From Promethearchaeota archaeon (GTDB lineage: Archaea > Asgardarchaeota > Lokiarchaeia > Sigyniarchaeales > SOKP01), in the NCBI GenBank assembly GCA_008080735.1, contig SHMW01000010.1:24976-88975 (forward strand): DNA of 64,000 nucleotides, written 5' to 3'. Position 1 is the first letter of the stretch. The number at the start of each line of letters is the position of its first letter. The notes beneath the pieces were generated by a model. The model had not been told where the DNA came from. It ran no database searches and worked only from the letters and a program-made list of their open reading frames with translations. Positions 28,561 to 38,124 of the stretch are shown piece after piece. The translations under genes were made by a program, and so were the position numbers.

Positions 28561-28959
28561 ATGATGATAGTTCAAAAAACACATAAAAAGATTAATAAGA
28601 ATTTGAGTGGAACACCTATTGAATTAACTGAAGGTTATAGCAAGATTAGGCTTACCACCATCGAAGAAATGATTTTAGATGAATCGGGATTGATCCACGG
28701 AGGATTTACATTCAGTCTTGCTGATTATGCGGCGATGCTTGCCGTGAATCACCCAAACGTAGTATTAACCAAAGCAGAAGTGAAATTTATTAAACCTGTT
28801 CTGCTCGGAGATACTCTCATTGCAGAAGGAAGAGTAAAAAATCAGGAAGGTAAAAAATCAGAGGTTAATGTGGTGGTCAAGAAAGATAATAAGACAGTTC
28901 TTGAAGGAACTTTTTTTTGTTATAGCCCAGATCAACATATACTTGGAGGAGGATCTTAA
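28561..28959 (+). CDS. PaaI-family hotdog-fold thioesterase
   Basis: GLIHGGFTFSLADYAAM...FIKPV; TAATG overlap with the next gene. Confidence 0.88.
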   Translation: MMIVQKTHKKINKNLSGTPIELTEGYSKIRLTTIEEMILDESGLIHGGFTFSLADYAAMLAVNHPNVVLTKAEVKFIKPVLLGDTLIAEGRVKNQEGKKSEVNVVVKKDNKTVLEGTFFCYSPDQHILGGGS

Positions 28960-30698
28960 TGAACGCAGGGGATATAATCGGACAAGTGCTAAAGAATAAA
29001 GGTGTGGAATTTATTTTTACACTCTGCGGGGGACATATCGCACCTATTTTGGTGGGTGCTAATAAAAGTGGTATTCGAGTAATTGATGTGCGTCACGAGC
29101 CTACCGCGGTTTTTGCTGCAGATGCAATTTCACGGCTTACTGGGATCCCAGGAGTGGCCGTAGTTACGGCAGGGCCTGGAGTGACTAACTCTGTTACCGC
29201 TATTAAAAATGCTCAAATGGCCCAATCTCCGCTTATTTTACTGGGAGGTGCTGCCGCGACCATGCTTCAAGGAAAGGGTGCCCTTCAAGATATAGAACAG
29301 ATTGAATTATATAAATCTATTACTAAATGGGAAACATCTATAGAGCAAAATTGTGATATCGAGCCTGTTTTGAATGAAGCTTTCGATGTTGCTACGTCGG
29401 GCATCCCGGGACCCGTATTTATTGAATGCCCTATTGATATATTATATGAGGAGGAATTGGTGCGAGAATGGTACGGACGGCAATCTAAATCGAAGAAATC
29501 ATCCTCATTCAAACAAAAAATGGTAAATTGGTACTTGAGACGTCATGTCGATAAATTGTTCGCTTGCTCCATAGATGAGGTGAAATCTAAATCCGACCAA
29601 GAGATAATTCCATTTGAAGTCGATCAAGAACACATAGAGAAAATAGCTTCCCAAATTAATAATGCCAAAAATCCAATCTTGGTATTAGGAGGACAGACCA
29701 CAAAACGAGTGGAATTAGTTGAGGAACTCTCTGTGGGCTTGAAAAAATTTGGTGCCCCAGTTTTTTTGGCAAGTATGTCGAGAGGATTGATGGGAAAGGA
29801 TCATTCTTCATATTTTCGCCACGGTCGTTCTAAAGCTCTAAGAAATGCCGATGTTATAGTAATTGTTGGAATGCCTTGCGATTTCCGATTAGGATATGGA
29901 AGATCGATTAATAGGAATGCATTTCATATCGCAATAAATCGAAGCGAGGAGGATTTAACGAAAAACAAAAAACCAGATTTAGCTATCCAAGCCGATCCCG
30001 CTACATTCCTCGTTGAATTGACCAAATCGTATTCATTTGATAAGGATAAATGGTCGGAATGGTATGAAATGCTAAACGAATGGGAAAAAGAGGGAAAAGA
30101 AAAAATTGAACATTTCGCAAGAGTGGATACGGATTATTTAAATCCATTAGCATTTTTAAAAGAAATTGAAAACCATATTGGAGAGGATGCAATTATCATA
30201 GGGGATGGCGGAGATTTTGTTGCTACTACTTCATATATCATTAAACCACCTAAACCGTTATCATGGCTCGACCCTGGTCCTTATGGAACCCTTGGAGTTG
30301 GTGCGGGATTTGCGTTGGCCGCTAAACTGGTTCATCCCGATTCTGAAGTATGGTTGTTCTGGGGAGATGGTGCTGCAGGATATAGCATCGCTGAGTTCGA
30401 TACATTTGTTCGCCATGATCTTCCTATAATTGCTGTTGTGGGAAATGATGCGGGATGGACTCAAATAGAGCGAGATCAGGTGGAATATTTAAATGATGAT
30501 GTTGGAACTGTTCTAAGATACACAGATTATCATATAGTAGCTGAAGGTTATGGGGGAGAAGGATTACTACTAAAAAATGAGATAAATATCTCTCGGCTGA
30601 TGGAACAAGCGAAGCTTTTGGTAAAGAACGGGTCTCCCATACTGATAAATGCTCTCATGGGGAAAACAGATTTCCGAAAAGGGTCCATTTCAATGTAA
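28959..30698 (+). CDS. ThDP-dependent enzyme, acetolactate synthase-like/ILVBL (2-hydroxyacyl-CoA lyase-like)
   Basis: [44 protein letters not shown]...GNDAGW ThDP motif, DFRKGSISM terminus. Confidence 0.85.
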   Translation: MNAGDIIGQVLKNKGVEFIFTLCGGHIAPILVGANKSGIRVIDVRHEPTAVFAADAISRLTGIPGVAVVTAGPGVTNSVTAIKNAQMAQSPLILLGGAAATMLQGKGALQDIEQIELYKSITKWETSIEQNCDIEPVLNEAFDVATSGIPGPVFIECPIDILYEEELVREWYGRQSKSKKSSSFKQKMVNWYLRRHVDKLFACSIDEVKSKSDQEIIPFEVDQEHIEKIASQINNAKNPILVLGGQTTKRVELVEELSVGLKKFGAPVFLASMSRGLMGKDHSSYFRHGRSKALRNADVIVIVGMPCDFRLGYGRSINRNAFHIAINRSEEDLTKNKKPDLAIQADPATFLVELTKSYSFDKDKWSEWYEMLNEWEKEGKEKIEHFARVDTDYLNPLAFLKEIENHIGEDAIIIGDGGDFVATTSYIIKPPKPLSWLDPGPYGTLGVGAGFALAAKLVHPDSEVWLFWGDGAAGYSIAEFDTFVRHDLPIIAVVGNDAGWTQIERDQVEYLNDDVGTVLRYTDYHIVAEGYGGEGLLLKNEINISRLMEQAKLLVKNGSPILINALMGKTDFRKGSISM

Positions 30699-30729
30699 AA
30701 TACCCAATTACATAATAATTTACTACTTG

Positions 30730-31638
30730 TTATTTTATACTCAAATCAAAAAATTCAATTGCGTTTTGTGTCGTTTTTTCGGCTACTTCTTCTTGAGAGA
30801 CCTCATGAGTATATGCAATAGCTGCAATTGAATAGCGAACATTTGCAGGTACATTATAAGGACCCCTTTTATAAGGATGTTGATAATAGCTATCAGTTTC
30901 AGTGACAAGCGCTTCTATAGGTGAGCCTTTAGTATTTTCTCTCCAATTTTTATATCCATATGCTGAACTCGGTACAGACAATATAAAACCTTTTTCGGGT
31001 AAAGATATACCATACTCCCTCGGGCCAGAGAAGCAATGAAACATAACTCTATTTGGATCTATTTTATAATCATCCAGAATTTTAAGTATCTCCGTGGTAG
31101 CTCCATCTGGCTGATTGAACTTATGGTTTGAATTTTCTTTATCATATTCATGGGGTGCAGGGTTTCTAACGTGGAGGGTATAGGGCTTACCTATATCTTT
31201 AGTTTTTTTGAATATCTTTTCTAACTCCTCCACTTGCTTCTTTCGCTTTTCTAATGTCTTTGCATGATGGAAATCCAATCCAACTTCACCGATAGCTAAG
31301 TATTTCTCTGGATTTTGTAGTACATATTCTATCCATTCTTCCCATTTTTCATTATATTTATTTCTTGAGGTATAAGTGACGGTTTGTGGAGCCCATCCTA
31401 TTGTAAAACCGTAATTTTTATCCACTTTTTCCATAAAGTCCAGAGTCATCTTCATCGTCTCTAAATCTATAGAACTCGTAACTAGATATAGACCTCCCAT
31501 CTCGAAATAATCGTTTAGCTGATCTTCATCTGAAGGTAATTTATCATTTTTTTTCGGTCTTGGAAATGGAAGATGACAATGCGAGTCAATAAAAGGCAAA
31601 TTCGGTTTTGGTTCGGGAATTTCTATATTTTTCGGCAT
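30730..31638 (-). CDS. tatD: TatD family nuclease/hydrolase
   Basis: DSHCH, AIGEVGLD, LHVR, FHCFSG, ETDS. Confidence 0.88.
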   Translation of the reverse strand: MPKNIEIPEPKPNLPFIDSHCHLPFPRPKKNDKLPSDEDQLNDYFEMGGLYLVTSSIDLETMKMTLDFMEKVDKNYGFTIGWAPQTVTYTSRNKYNEKWEEWIEYVLQNPEKYLAIGEVGLDFHHAKTLEKRKKQVEELEKIFKKTKDIGKPYTLHVRNPAPHEYDKENSNHKFNQPDGATTEILKILDDYKIDPNRVMFHCFSGPREYGISLPEKGFILSVPSSAYGYKNWRENTKGSPIEALVTETDSYYQHPYKRGPYNVPANVRYSIAAIAYTHEVSQEEVAEKTTQNAIEFFDLSIK

Positions 31639-31774
31639 TATTTTAAGGAATTAAAGCTACATTATATTCTTTTTTACATCATTTTCCCAAGAGAAGCGAA
31701 ACCTAATTGTAAATCAATTTATAAATGTTTTTATTAGAGCAGATTTAAATAGTCAAAACCTTATCAATATCTTG

Positions 31775-31791
31775 TTGACTTTCTAAGTCAA
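31775..31791. promoter_or_regulatory. Inverted repeat TTGACTT-N3-AAGTCAA, candidate TF site
   Basis: 7-bp arms in the divergent tatD/31819 intergenic region. Confidence 0.4.
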
Positions 31792-31818
31792 TATATTTGT
31801 ATTTATCATAATATCGAG

Positions 31819-32076
31819 ATGGTTATGAAAGGGTTAAAACAGTTTTATGTGGCTAAATTCAGAGGTAAAATAAAGAAATATATACGAGTGGAGAGTTTTT
31901 CAATAGAGGAAGCAATAGAAGATATTTTAACACGTGTTCCTCAAAAAGATGAGGGTTATGTAAAAATATACAAGGTTAATTTTATCACGAGCAAAAGCGT
32001 GTTAGTAAAGAAAATCTTGATTTTATGCGAATTATTTATGCAAAAACAAGAAGAAAAACCCGTTATTCATTATTAA
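31819..32076 (+). CDS. Hypothetical protein
   Basis: 85-aa ORF filling the gap between genes. Confidence 0.55.
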   Translation: MVMKGLKQFYVAKFRGKIKKYIRVESFSIEEAIEDILTRVPQKDEGYVKIYKVNFITSKSVLVKKILILCELFMQKQEEKPVIHY

Positions 32077-32139
32077 ATCAAAATTTATAGCAAATATATA
32101 ACCACATCTCATTAAAAACCGAATAGGAGAGGAACTTAT

Positions 32140-32550
32140 ATGGCAGAACAGATTTTACATAAAATAGAAGAATTAAGAAAACTTAAACAAGAAATTGAGC
32201 CAAGGATAGAAGAATTGGAAGAAAAACGCGATTATGAGATTGTAGAGATAAATAAAAAATACGATAAAAAGATCTCAGATGTGTCAAACGAGGTGGAATC
32301 TTTTAAGAAAGACTTAATGGAGAATCTATATCAATCGTTTGAACAAGCTGTTATGAATGAATTTGACAGCAAACGAAGTACAAGCGAATATAGTATTACT
32401 TCACAAATCAGAGATTACAGAGATTCTATGAATGAAGTTGATCTTTTCCCAGACGAGCTCATAGAAAGATTGGATAAAATTATTGCTGAAGAAGAACCAA
32501 TCGAAAATCTTGCTTATGATTTGGAATCAATTAAAACTCAGTATTTCTAA
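32140..32550 (+). CDS. Hypothetical coiled-coil protein
   Basis: GGAGAGG RBS; E/K-rich heptads. Confidence 0.8.
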   Translation: MAEQILHKIEELRKLKQEIEPRIEELEEKRDYEIVEINKKYDKKISDVSNEVESFKKDLMENLYQSFEQAVMNEFDSKRSTSEYSITSQIRDYRDSMNEVDLFPDELIERLDKIIAEEEPIENLAYDLESIKTQYF

Positions 32551-32683
32551 AAAATTTACCCTCCTTTTTAATCTAATTCTTCTGGAGATATAGATAATAT
32601 ATAATCTCCATATCACTCCATTTAATAAATAATTTCTATGTTACGTCTATTATAAATTGGTTGTAGATTCATAAGGCATAGAA

Positions 32684-32827
32684 ATGGAGATATTAGAATC
32701 GGAAATTGAAATTTATAATTCAAAAATGCGTTTATTAAATTGGTTATGGGATGAAATAAAGCTATTTGACTCAGAGCTGAAGAAAAAGATCAATCAAAAA
32801 GGACAAAATCTGCCAATTAATCTGTAA
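32684..32827 (+). CDS. Possible 47-aa small protein (not in ORF track)
   Basis: MEILESEIEIYNSKMRLLNWLWDEIKLFDSELKKKINQKGQNLPINL; amphipathic helix in otherwise unassigned DNA. Confidence 0.4.
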   Translation: MEILESEIEIYNSKMRLLNWLWDEIKLFDSELKKKINQKGQNLPINL

Positions 32828-32888
32828 AAATGTTTTTCTAAAGTTAAATAAGAAAAAAATGAATTAATTAAGCTAAGAAGTAATAAAA

Positions 32889-33632
32889 TCAAGAAATCTT
32901 AGTTGTAATAAAATCAGGAATTATATTTCCAAAAAATTCATGCGAAAATATAGTGAAAACTGCCATATCTCCTTTTCGGAACCCACCAATCCAATGTTTT
33001 TCCGCTCTCATTAAAACTTCATTGATTTTACCTGCCTTGAGTTCATTACCCATACGATCTATGAAATTAAACAACATAGAACTAAAGGATTCAAAACTTT
33101 TTTCAGTTATATCGGGCGGTACATCGCTCGCGATCACTCTATCATTCTTAAGATCGAAAACAATTATACCTTTGATATTTTCATCGCTCGCGGCTTGTTG
33201 GAAATAATTTAAAATAAAATCTCTATTATTTTGTTTTTTTAGTTTTCCGATTTCAGTAGAGATTTTCTCATATTCCTCCTTAAAATCATTGAACGCAGCC
33301 ATCTCATCCTTCTGAGCATCAATCGTCTCTTTTGGATACTTTTGTAAAAATGCCCTGCTTAACCGCTCTGCTATAATTTTATAAATTCGATTATCGATCT
33401 CATCAGAAGGATCTGCGGCGACTATCGAAAAAATGGGATCTCGTGCTGAATAATAGAAAGTATAGGAATCCATATTAATCGAATCAATACAGCTATTTCC
33501 TACCTCCTTCGCGAAATTCTGAATCGCACTTAGGAAGCACCCAATCAACGAATTATCTGTAAAGGAGTCATTCGGGCTAATCGTAAAGAGAGGCAAGCCG
33601 TCTTTGGATATGATTAAATATGATTTTATCAT
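32889..33632 (-). CDS. Longin-roadblock two-domain protein
   Basis: N-terminal YLIISKDGLPLF...LIGCFLSAIQNFAKEVG...IDSINM (longin-like); C-terminal IKGIIVFD...VIASD...RMGNELKAGKINEVLMRAE (roadblock/MglB-like). Confidence 0.72.
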   Translation of the reverse strand: MIKSYLIISKDGLPLFTISPNDSFTDNSLIGCFLSAIQNFAKEVGNSCIDSINMDSYTFYYSARDPIFSIVAADPSDEIDNRIYKIIAERLSRAFLQKYPKETIDAQKDEMAAFNDFKEEYEKISTEIGKLKKQNNRDFILNYFQQAASDENIKGIIVFDLKNDRVIASDVPPDITEKSFESFSSMLFNFIDRMGNELKAGKINEVLMRAEKHWIGGFRKGDMAVFTIFSHEFFGNIIPDFITTKIS

Positions 33633-33655
33633 TTCAAACAACTATGGATAATGTT

Positions 33656-34228
33656 TTATTCTTCTTTAATAAAATGAATATCCGTTTTTGTTCCAGTTGG
33701 GGTGAATGAGCTGTAATCTATTTCGATGGGTGTTGACTCGTCAGCAATCGCAGTGGAGGAGGCGAGAATTAACGCCATAGGACAAATGCCCTTTTGATCT
33801 CCAATTATTTCATGGATAGGATTTGAAAGAGAGCAATCGGGGATGACAATTTGATATTTATCCTCTCCTTTTTCGACAATATGTCCGGTCTTTGTTATTC
33901 CGGTCATTTTTAAAATTTCCATCCATGTTTCCATCGCTTTTTTGGGATTTTTAGACTCAAAAAGACTCGAGATCTTTGGATCCTCGTCTTTTATAGTTTT
34001 CATTGTCTTAACAATTTCGGGAAACACATGGCTTTTATAACCTCTTCCACCAATTAATTCGATCATCGCTTTTTCATATCCGAAGAGCGCAGAATGCAAA
34101 GTAGAAAGCACTTTCATCATAAGGGGATGAGGGAATTGGCTTTTCAACCACACCATAAACACGACAAAGAACACCACAAATGCGATTAAAATCCCCAAAA
34201 CTGTATAGAACCATATATCTGGTACCAT
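33656..34228 (-). CDS. N-terminally membrane-anchored V4R/MetOD1-like protein
   Basis: TM helix, then YQIVIPDC...GICPMALIL...; fold guessed from motif spacing. Confidence 0.5.
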   Translation of the reverse strand: MVPDIWFYTVLGILIAFVVFFVVFMVWLKSQFPHPLMMKVLSTLHSALFGYEKAMIELIGGRGYKSHVFPEIVKTMKTIKDEDPKISSLFESKNPKKAMETWMEILKMTGITKTGHIVEKGEDKYQIVIPDCSLSNPIHEIIGDQKGICPMALILASSTAIADESTPIEIDYSSFTPTGTKTDIHFIKEE

Positions 34229-34404
34229 TCTAATCTCCTAATTATTCTATATACCTAATCTAGTTTATATATTCTATTTGTTATAACCAATAAAAAAATT
34301 CGAGAATTTATAGTTTAGTTATTTTTAAGATATATGGAGGCAAAATTCCGATTGATTTAATAATAATTAGTGTGATTTATCCTATAAAAAACAGTTTTAA
34401 AAAA

Positions 34405-35343
34405 ATGTCAAAAATATCCTCTCTCCTCAAAAAGAAGTTTGTCCCGGTATATATATGTTTTATTCTAACAATTCTTCTATACGGAATAATTTTCCTCCTT
34501 GCGAGATTTCCAAACATTTTATTTGGGCTTGGTATACCTGAGGAATTCGTAACCCACTTTGTAAAGATTATACCTGGTCCGTTATGGTCTGATATTCTAT
34601 TATTATATCTGATTCCGTTGGGAGTTTATATCGGAATGCAATATTTAAGCCCTTATTCTACGCGATTTTATATGAGACTCCATAAATCCTTTTATGTGCT
34701 AAGAACAAAGCCCATTTATGGAATTAATCCAAATGAAGGTCACATTAGCACAGGAAAAATATTCTTACGATTATTGAAAGGAAGTTTCTTAAGTTTTGTG
34801 ATTGCCACTGGAATAATGCAATTTGGTCTCACGCCAATATTTCGTCATATTACGGGTGAGCCAGGAACGATAATAACCTTATTTCGTGCAGAAGCAATCT
34901 TTTTAGCGACTTTCTTTTTCAGCTTTTTAATTGTGATAATCTATTTTCCTATTTGGAATCTAGAAGATTCGGGACTAGTTGCTTATAGGAAATTTACAAA
35001 GAAACGGAAAAACCCAGATATTGAGGGAGTAAATCGGATTTTTCGAGATTTCATAGAATATTCTATCAGCTTTTCAACAATTTTAGTATATTTCAATCTT
35101 TTCTTTAACACTTTAACTTGGGTTATAAATTACGATCCGACTGGAGCATCTCTATTAATTCCTCTTATCTTAATATTTCTCCCGTTCCTGATTCCTGGGT
35201 TATATGCAATACCGATGATTCTCTATGAGCTGAATTTTGATAAGAATATGAAAAGAATCCATAAACATTTGGAAAAAAAGGAGATTCCCCATATAGCCGT
35301 TCCAGATTTTTATGATTTAGTGAAGAAAGGAGAAAAAAAGTGA
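34405..35343 (+). CDS. Hypothetical multi-pass membrane protein
   Basis: About 6 hydrophobic segments; WNLEDSGLV. Confidence 0.72.
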   Translation: MSKISSLLKKKFVPVYICFILTILLYGIIFLLARFPNILFGLGIPEEFVTHFVKIIPGPLWSDILLLYLIPLGVYIGMQYLSPYSTRFYMRLHKSFYVLRTKPIYGINPNEGHISTGKIFLRLLKGSFLSFVIATGIMQFGLTPIFRHITGEPGTIITLFRAEAIFLATFFFSFLIVIIYFPIWNLEDSGLVAYRKFTKKRKNPDIEGVNRIFRDFIEYSISFSTILVYFNLFFNTLTWVINYDPTGASLLIPLILIFLPFLIPGLYAIPMILYELNFDKNMKRIHKHLEKKEIPHIAVPDFYDLVKKGEKK

Positions 35344-35410
35344 ATAATTTCATTTTTATTCTTTTTTCTTTTAATTTTTTATTTCTGAGCTATGAACCTT
35401 GTTGATGATC

Positions 35411-36721
35411 TCAATCCCTTATCAAGCTTGAATTCTCAAATGATTCCTCTAATCTCGGTTTTATAAAATGGATTGAACTGAGATAGAAGGGGACTAAACA
35501 TAGTTCCACGATAATTGATATAATAAAGGGAGCTGTCAAGTCTATGAAATCAACAGCTAACCCCCCCAACAAGGGTCCCAAAATAAATCCTCCATTTCTT
35601 AAAAATTGATATAATCCCATCAATTTCCCTCGATTTGAGATTGTTATTCTGCTATAGAGATTGAGTATCAGAAGATTACTCAAATTAACTATTGCGGTAT
35701 CAATAGTAAGTAACATAGAAAAAAGTATTATATTGTCAACATTTATTATACACCATGTTGTAATAGCCCCTATAATGCTGATCGTTACGATGCCCAGTTT
35801 TGGACTTATTTTATCGAGCCCACTGCCAAGCTTTGGGGCAACGAACATTGCGATAATTCCGCTCGGAATATACGCGAGCATCGCAAATATGGTATTATTA
35901 ATGATTTTTTCAAGAACATATACATTGAGAAAGGGTTTTGCCAAAGAACCATTGATATTACTCATCAATATTACTACACTTAGAAATCCAATCCCAACCA
36001 AGATTCCAATATCCGTTTTTTGGGGTGATTTAGATTTTGCTTCACTATGTGTAGCAGAGATTGCATTAGGATTATTTTCGGAAAATTTAAGAGATTCGTC
36101 TACTCGATTCATAAATAAGATTCCCGCAACAAAATTAGAGAAGCCATATATTAATATGGAAGAATATGTGAAAAAAAGATTCCCTGGCAAGAATTCAATT
36201 CCAATACTTAGAATTCCGAAACCGAGTAATCCCCCAATAAAAAGTCCTTTCCCGACCGCAGAATCTCGTTTTCCATATGCATGTGAACGATGGTCTTTAT
36301 TAGATTTTTCCGCGATTATTGTATCGAATGGGATCCAGAAAAAACCTGCAAAAAATCCTATCGAAAACGTACCTACTCCCATATAAATTAATGATTTGAA
36401 TACTATGGCAAAATATAGTACAAAATATGCGAGACCTCGTCCAAATGAGCCCAATAAAATTAAATTCGTCTTAGATTTGACTTTATCGGTTAAAAACCCT
36501 GTAAAAAGCGTGCTTATTATTAATCCTATCGTTTGAACGGAAAAAATCAATCCAATCTGGAATCCGGTAGCACTTAATTCTTGACTTGCATAGATGGGAA
36601 TAATAAATTCCAGAAAAAAAAAGCCGAGGCTATTGAATATTACATTGTTTATAACAGATTTAAAATCTTTCGTATATCTATTTTCTTGTGTCTTGGTCTT
36701 TGGATGAGTATCTTTCTTCAT
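35411..36721 (-). CDS. MFS transporter
   Basis: GFLTDKVK motif A, multiple TM helices, NRGKLMG...GPLLGG. Confidence 0.85.
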   Translation of the reverse strand: MKKDTHPKTKTQENRYTKDFKSVINNVIFNSLGFFFLEFIIPIYASQELSATGFQIGLIFSVQTIGLIISTLFTGFLTDKVKSKTNLILLGSFGRGLAYFVLYFAIVFKSLIYMGVGTFSIGFFAGFFWIPFDTIIAEKSNKDHRSHAYGKRDSAVGKGLFIGGLLGFGILSIGIEFLPGNLFFTYSSILIYGFSNFVAGILFMNRVDESLKFSENNPNAISATHSEAKSKSPQKTDIGILVGIGFLSVVILMSNINGSLAKPFLNVYVLEKIINNTIFAMLAYIPSGIIAMFVAPKLGSGLDKISPKLGIVTISIIGAITTWCIINVDNIILFSMLLTIDTAIVNLSNLLILNLYSRITISNRGKLMGLYQFLRNGGFILGPLLGGLAVDFIDLTAPFIISIIVELCLVPFYLSSIHFIKPRLEESFENSSLIRD

Positions 36722-36813
36722 TTTTACAGAGCTGCCAGATACCTTTGAAAATATTTCATAGTAAAAATATTTTACAATTGCGTTCTCTAAGGTCTTTTTA
36801 TTGGAAACTTGAA

Positions 36814-37827
36814 TTAAATTTTTATCAAAACTTTGATATCTTGATGAGTTTTTTCCGCTAATTCCTCAAAAAGCTCGGGTGTTCCATCCAGAGGAACAAT
36901 TCTAGTAATCATAGTTTTCAAATCAATATGACCATTTTTTACAAGATTTAAAGCCGTCGAAAACGTATCGTTTATATAACCAAAAACACCTTTCATCGTT
37001 ACGCTTTTTAGGACCATCGACATAAATCCTTTCATTTCGAATGGCTTAGTATGAAGTCCAATCAGTGTTATAATACCTCCCCGTTTGATTAATTTCATCG
37101 AATTCATAATTGTATCTGGAATTCCCACGCAATCAAAAATATAATCTGGACCTATATTTTCTGTCAATCGATTTATTTTTCCCCATTTATCAGGGGGAAA
37201 CACATTACTCGCCCCAAAATTTAGCGCTAGTTCTTGTTTTGATTTGACGGGTTCAAGTACACTAATTTGACTCGCTCCCCCAGCATTAAGGACTTGAATT
37301 ACAAATAGTCCTATACCTCCAGCACCTATCACTGTGCATGACTTCCCAATTTTAAATCCTGAATCTTGGACTGCATACAAAGCCACAGCAAGAGGCTCAA
37401 TTAAAGCGCCTTCTTCTAATGAAATACTATCTGGTAGTCTGAATAACCTTTCCGCTTTAACATTTATAAATTCTGCCATTGCTCCGTTATACGTCGTCCC
37501 GAGTGCGCTTGACCAACGACATAAGTTTTCTTGACTATGAGCACACCAATAACATTGGTCACAAGGAAGAGCTGGGTTAGCGGTCACCTTGTCCCCTCTC
37601 TTCCATCCTTTCACCTCCTCACCCATTTCCACAATTTCCCCCGAGAATTCATGCCCGATAACTATCCCGGGAGTTTCCAAGACGCCGGTTTTAAACGATT
37701 CCACATCAGAGCCACAGATTCCGCAATATTGTACTTTTATTAGGACCTCATCCTTCTGTATAGTAGGTTGTGGCAAATCATCCTTAACGACGAGATTATG
37801 TTTACCCTCAAAAAATACCCCTTTCAT
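36814..37827 (-). CDS. Zn-dependent alcohol/polyol dehydrogenase (MDR family)
   Basis: CGICGSD, GHEFSG, CDQCYWC...C, EPLAVA, GAGGIG. Confidence 0.92.
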   Translation of the reverse strand: MKGVFFEGKHNLVVKDDLPQPTIQKDEVLIKVQYCGICGSDVESFKTGVLETPGIVIGHEFSGEIVEMGEEVKGWKRGDKVTANPALPCDQCYWCAHSQENLCRWSSALGTTYNGAMAEFINVKAERLFRLPDSISLEEGALIEPLAVALYAVQDSGFKIGKSCTVIGAGGIGLFVIQVLNAGGASQISVLEPVKSKQELALNFGASNVFPPDKWGKINRLTENIGPDYIFDCVGIPDTIMNSMKLIKRGGIITLIGLHTKPFEMKGFMSMVLKSVTMKGVFGYINDTFSTALNLVKNGHIDLKTMITRIVPLDGTPELFEELAEKTHQDIKVLIKI

Positions 37828-38124
37828 ATGCACTTTTCCATCCAAATCTAATTTATAATTAATTAATTGTAAACTTTTATCCATATATAATTAATCCGAT
37901 TAACCTAGAATTTTCTTACAGAAAGTTTATATTCGTGAAAGTCTGCTTTCATGATTAAAGGTATATATTGGAATATTGTTGAGGTGATATTTCTAATTAT
38001 TCAATATCAAGAAATTAAAAAAATTCTTATATTGTTTTTTTATGTTTTTTCTACCACCAATTTTTTTTTAATTTGTATCACTTAATCTATTAATCAGAGC
38101 TAAAAATATCGAGAGGATTTTAGT

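Noticed and set aside
35661-36386. 241-aa plus-strand ORF
   Set aside because: Antisense shadow of the MFS gene 35411-36721, which is common opposite hydrophobic genes
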